Assembly (NCBI GenBank): GCA_964016885.1
Contig: OZ024756.1
Span: 23,560,001 to 23,624,000, forward strand
DNA from: Eledone cirrhosa
Taxonomy: Eukaryota
Length of the DNA stretch: 64,000 nt
Direction: 5' to 3'
The notes below the pieces were generated by a model that had not been told where the DNA came from, made no database searches, and saw nothing but the letters and a program-made list of their open reading frames with translations. The position numbers and the translations under genes are program-made. Below are positions 58,687 through 64,000 of this stretch, piece after piece. How positions within the stretch are numbered: the first letter of the stretch is position 1; each line of letters begins with the position of its first letter.

Positions 58687-59662
58687 AAGGTTAAACAAGG
58701 TTCAATGAATAAATCAAAGAATGAGTTTTACAATAGATTGGAAGCACTCAACAGAAATGGTCGGGGCCCGACGGCTGAGCTCTTGCCTTATACATACCTA
58801 TAATATAAGATAATATAATTTAATATGGTTTACCTTCGTGTGGATGAAAATACTAAGTTTCTTTCTCATGTTTGAAAATACTTTAAATATGATTTTATAA
58901 ATTAAATATGTTAGTATACTTTAATATTAATATAGACATTTATAAACTTTTATAGCCTGAAATATTATATCTTTAGTTTAATCCATTATTCTGAACTAAC
59001 GTAAGGAATTTGAAATTTAACGGTCAGCCGGATAAGTTTGGATATATATGGTGTATAAATAATTGTTAGTATATTTCTTATTAATTGAGGACTCAAAATT
59101 AAACCCTCATATAATTACACCCAAATATATTTAATATTTAAATAGATGGATCCTTCTAGATAATTCAAAGATTCGAGTTTACTCTTTCACAAAGCTATGC
59201 CCAAATGTATATTCATCTATGCTTTATACTATAAAAATTATTCCCCTTTGTCTCTCTATCCTTGATCAATTCTCTTTTGCTTTCTATACTTCTAGTAACT
59301 ATATTTTTTCCTCATCTGTTTCTCCCTGTCTTTCTTCTTTCTTCAATAATTTAAATTATTTGAATCTCTAACAGTTATGTAAATTTCTATTATGTATTTT
59401 TAAGCTTTCTCACACGCACCCTCTCTATTATATGTAAGTATTTTCGTGTCTCAATCTTAAGGTATATAAATATTGAGTCTTGTCATATCATATTCACTAC
59501 CATGACTGAATCTTAACCATCTACTATGTCAGGGTATGTCATGCATCATCTTATTTTATCTGATGAGGACGTACTGTTGAAGATAGCTCAGTACCTCTGA
59601 AATATGTATAATAAAATATACTTGATCACACGAATGTCTATTTTTGTTAATATTTTGAATTA
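58683..59662 (+). mobile_element. Long (~1 kb) non-coding family A element ending in a hammerhead, between (TA)n tracts
   Basis: AT-rich with no ORF. Shares CAACAGAAATGGTCG (58749-58763) with the loop of the 31 kb palindrome, CCCGACGGCTGAGCTC (58767-58782) with 4127-4142, and gggtatgtca upstream of the ribozyme with other family A copies. Confidence 0.6.
59552..59618 (+). ncRNA. Type I minimal hammerhead ribozyme (family A), best-formed copy
   Basis: tattttat-CTGATGA(59560-59566)-ggacgtactg ttgaagatagct cagtacctct-GAAA(59599-59602)-tatgta-TA-ataaaata. Perfect 8 bp stem I. Confidence 0.9.
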
Positions 59663-60059
59663 ATATATATATATATATATATATACTGTGTATATATATA
59701 TACTGTGTATATATATATACAGTTATATACATACACATATATGTGCACGCGCACATACTTACTCATACATACGTAGGCATGGCTCAATTGTTAAGAAGTT
59801 TCCTTTGAAACCATGTGTGTGTGTGTATGTGTGTACGTGGTGTACGTGCGCGTGTATGCGTGTGTGGTGTACTTGTGTGTACGTGTGCGTCTTGAGATTT
59901 GGGGTGGTTAGTACGGCCCGCCGTTTTGCTGAATGTGACATGTAAGATGGTGACGAACAAACAGATTGACAGCCAGGCATTAACACTATAATAGAAACAA
60001 ATATCAACATCATCATCATCATCGTCATCATCATAATCAGCAGCAGCAGCATTACCATC

Positions 60060-61350
60060 ATTAATGTCAACAACATCCTTACGTCTACCACCTCCGCCGC
60101 CACTAACATCACCACTATCATTACCACCATCAACACCACTAACATCACCACCACAACCATCACCACCACAACCAACACCACTGTCACCACTAGCATCAAC
60201 ACCACAACCATCACCACCACCACAATCCTCACCACAACCATCACCATCACAACCATCAACACCACAACCACCACCATCACCATCACAACCGTCAACACCA
60301 CAACCACCACCATCACCACCACCACCATCAACACCACAACCACCACCATCACCACCACAACCATCAACACCACAACCACCACCACCACAACCATCAACAC
60401 CACAACCACCACCACCACCACCACCACAACCATTACCAACAGAACCATCACCACCACAATCATCAACACCACAACCACCACCATCACCATCACCACCATC
60501 ACCACCACAACCACCACCATCACCATCAACACCATCACCACCATCAACACCACAACCACCACCATCACCATCACCACCATCACCACCACAACCACCACCA
60601 TCACCACCACAACCATCAACACCACAGCCACCACCATCACCACCACAACCATCACCAACCCAGCCATCACCACCACAACCAACTCCATCACAACCATCAC
60701 CACCGCAACCACCACCATCACCACCACAACCAGCACCATCACCACCACAACCATCACCAACACAACCATCAGCACCACAACCATCACCACCACAACCATC
60801 ACCACCACAACCATCAGCACCACAACCATCACCACCACAACCAACACCACTATCACCACTAACATCACCACCACAACCAACACCACTATCACCACTAACA
60901 TCACCACCACAACCAACACCACTATCACCACTAACATCACCACCACAACCAACACCACTATCACCACTAACATCACCACCACAACCAACACCACTATCAC
61001 CACTAACATCAACACCACAACCAACACCACTATCACCACTAACATCACCACCACAACCAACACCACTATCACCACTAACATCACCACCACAACCAACACC
61101 ACTATCACCACTAACATCACCACCACAACCAACACCACTATCACCACTAACATCACCACCACAACCAACACCACTATCACCACTAACATCACCACCACAA
61201 CCAACACCACTATCACCACTAACATCACCACCACAACCAACACCACTATCACCACTAACATCACCACCACAACCAACACCACTATCACCACTAACATCAC
61301 CACCACAACCAACACCACTATCACCACTAACATCAACACCACAACCATCC
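60060..61350. repeat. (CCA/CAA/TCA) compound repeat ending in a near-perfect 36 bp array (~14 copies, 60830-61345)
   Basis: Unit ccaacaccactatcaccactaacatcaccaccacaa. Confidence 0.9.
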
Positions 61351-61645
61351 AAACCATCATGATCTGAGCCACTGTCGCGTGTAGTAAAGGAGAACATAAT
61401 GATTTCACTTCCACGATAAGACAATGATAATAATTGCGCTAATTAAATGTGTGTTGTCTGTATATATATACATGTGGGGGGAGTGGGGGTTAAGAATTAG
61501 AAGTTTTTGTCGTATTTTTTACTAGAGAAAATAGTCTAACAACCGGGCATATAAGTCCCCTATACGAGAAAAAGAATGGTGATGTGAGGAGGAGACAACA
61601 AAACGATTGTTTAGGTTATGCGAAAGTATTATTGAAAAAAGCATT

Positions 61646-61840
61646 GGTGGATTGGGCGGTGGATTGGCAGTATCGGTAGAGGGTCTGACGCTATGCTTTG
61701 CAGCAAAGAGTTACGCCCCTTTATGGTTTGAGTTCAAATCCCGCCGAGGTTAACTTTGCCTTTCATCCTTACGGGGTCGATAAAATAAAGTACCAGTAAT
61801 GCACCGGATAATTTCTGGCCTTGTGCCAAAAGTAGAAACA
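61646..61840 (+). mobile_element. Young SINE-like element with 18 bp target-site duplication
   Basis: Same consensus; TSD attattgaaaaaagcatt at 61628-61645 and 61841-61858. Confidence 0.85.
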
Positions 61841-62316
61841 ATTATTGAAAAAAGCATTCATCAAAATTTTCTAAACGTTTTCCTCCCGATTTTTCAAAGC
61901 TTTTCATCAAAATTTTCGAAATTTTTCAAAAACTTTCTTCGGAATTTCTTAAAATTTTTCTTCAAACTTTTTCAAATCTTTTCCCAAAACTTTGCTATCA
62001 AATCCAATGACAAGTTGTTGTTGTTCCTGTTCCTACTACTGTTGTTGTAATTATTATTAACGCAGTGAATTGGTAGAGCGTCGGATAAAATGATTTGTTG
62101 TATTTATCTGTGCCTTTTATTCTTCCGAGGTCGATAAAATAAGGTATCAGTTAAGTACTAGGGTCGATATAATCACACACACACACATACACACACAGAG
62201 TCACACATGCAGAATCACACACAGTCACATACAGTCTCACACACAGTCTTATACACAGTCACAAACAGTCACACACACATACACAGTCACACACACACAT
62301 ACACACACACACACTG

Positions 62317-62352
<36 letters not shown>

Positions 62353-62359
62353 CGCACAG

Positions 62360-62810
62360 TTGTTACCGTCAGTCAACAGCCATCAACACCCAGCATATTT
62401 TGATAGTGGCTGAAGTATTTTGAAAGGAACCATGTTTTTTTTTATCCAATTGACGTCTGTTGACTGATGCCGGATGTTGCTGATGTCTGTTGAAAGGTCC
62501 CGGATGGTGTTGATGGGATACATGTCAGAATGCAGCCATATTTTATCCGCCATTTTAGCCTCATCTGAATTAATTTTAATGTTGCAAACAATCCCATCTT
62601 CCTTCTCTGTCTTTTAAATTTCTATTTTCCGTCGTAGGTTGACTGTTGACATCCGGGTACTACTAATGGAAACCGGAAACCACGTTGACGTCATCCGTAA
62701 CGTGATCAGTGTTGTGAATTTGAAGGAATACACCAACAAACAAGTGCCAACATTGTAACATGAGCAGGGATTTGGGGAGGCGGGGGGGGGGATATAATAT
62801 GTTGACAGTG
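62360..62810. promoter_or_regulatory. Putative cis-regulatory island
   Basis: CCGCCATTTT (62547-62556), CCGGAAA (62673-62679), TGACGTCA (62686-62693), about nine GTTGA(C/A/T) words; locally CpG-rich. Confidence 0.4.
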
Positions 62811-63490
62811 GTGGTGGTAGTGGTGGTGGTGGTGGTGGTGGTGGTGGTGGTGGTGGTGGGGTCGCCGTCTTCGTGTTTACAGTGGTGGTGGTGGTGGTGA
62901 TGAGGTGGTGATGAGTTGGGGATGACGTGGTGATGCGGTGGTGGTGTGGTGGTGGTGGTTGATGATGTGCTGGTGATGCGATGATGGTTGTTCAGGTGAT
63001 GGTGAGGGGAGGTGTTTGTGGTGATGGTGATTGTGATGGTTACGATGATAAAAGTCGTGCTGACCATGTGGTTGTCTTACTGATGGTGGTGGTGGTGGTG
63101 GTGGTGGTGGTATTGGTGGTGGTGATGAGACGTGTTGATGTGATGGTGTTGTTGATGGTGGTGGTATTAGAGATGGAGATGATAATGGTGGTGATGAGAG
63201 GTGTAGATGGTGGTGGTATTGGTGTTGGCGATTGTGTGTCTGTCTGTGTGTGTATGAGTGTGTGTGTGTATGAGTGTGTGTGTATGAGTGTGTGTGTATG
63301 TATATATATATATATACTAACGCAAAAAAAACAGCTACGGCGCGAAATAAACACTAAATCACATTAGCAAACATAATGTCTGAAAACAGCAACAAACCTC
63401 TCAACATAAGCATCAAAACGCATATATATATATATATATGTATATGTATAAATGTGTGTGTGTGTATGTGTGTGTGTGTGTATATATATG

Positions 63491-63559
<69 letters not shown>

Positions 63560-63734
63560 ATGTACTTTTATATAAATTATATATGTATATATTTATATAT
63601 ATATATAAATTATATATGTATATATTTATATATATATATATAAATTATATATGTAGGTATTTATATATATATATAAATTATGTATGTATGTATTTATATA
63701 TATATAAATCATATATGTATGTATAAATGTATAA

Positions 63735-63780
<46 letters not shown>

Positions 63781-64000
63781 ATGTATATATATATATATAT
63801 ATAATGATAATATGTATAAATATCTGCAAATAAAAAACAAAATGGCAGAAAACAAAATGGCAGAAAACATTTTGGCTGTCCTTTATCTAATTTGGTGAGT
63901 AATTAGTGTTGTGAGATAAAGTTGCTGGGAGGTGACACAGTTGAAGTAGGAAGCTTTCAATAAACTATCATACGGCCAATTAACTTATTTACATTATGCC

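Noticed and set aside
60064-61362. 432 aa Pro-rich extensin-like ORF (and the antisense Gly/Asp/Cys-rich and poly-Val ORFs)
   Set aside because: Pure CCA-based compound repeat, open in several frames, with no signal peptide or unique coding flank. A repetitive exon cannot be fully excluded without RNA-seq.
63842-63900. ATG GCA GAA...TG|GTGAGT as a possible first coding exon
   Set aside because: Only 17 codons, no recognisable protein, and the sequence is equally explained as a short tandem duplication of AAAATGGCAG.

Overview
Eukaryotic, AT-rich, gene-poor 64 kb window dominated by microsatellites: (TA)n, (TG)n, (GA)n, (TATG)n, (GATA)n, (CAT)n, (CAA)n, (CAC)n. The repeat content looks like a coleoid cephalopod (Octopus-like) genome; this is an inference. 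I can support no host protein-coding gene, and almost all ORFs in the track are microsatellite artefacts. The real coding remnants are all non-LTR retrotransposons: a 5'- and 3'-truncated R4/Dong-type RT plus restriction-like endonuclease element (52.1-54.7 kb), a Tx1/L1 3' end, several RTE fragments and an I/Ingi-like C-terminus. There are also at least 13 copies of a young ~185 bp SINE-like element, tRNA-derived SINEs, MITEs and minisatellites. The main hidden signal is seven type I hammerhead ribozymes readable directly from the sequence (CUGANGA...GAAA...UA with stems I-III). They lie in short non-coding elements embedded in or abutting (TA)n tracts, several built as long foldback palindromes. 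A companion family carries an invariant 11-mer, GTATTGAGTAC. Together these look like a (TA)n-associated Penelope-pLTR/retrozyme-like system. Independently, the unique islands between repeats are enriched in YY1/Pho-type CGCCATnTT motifs and TAAT clusters, which suggests a regulatory desert.
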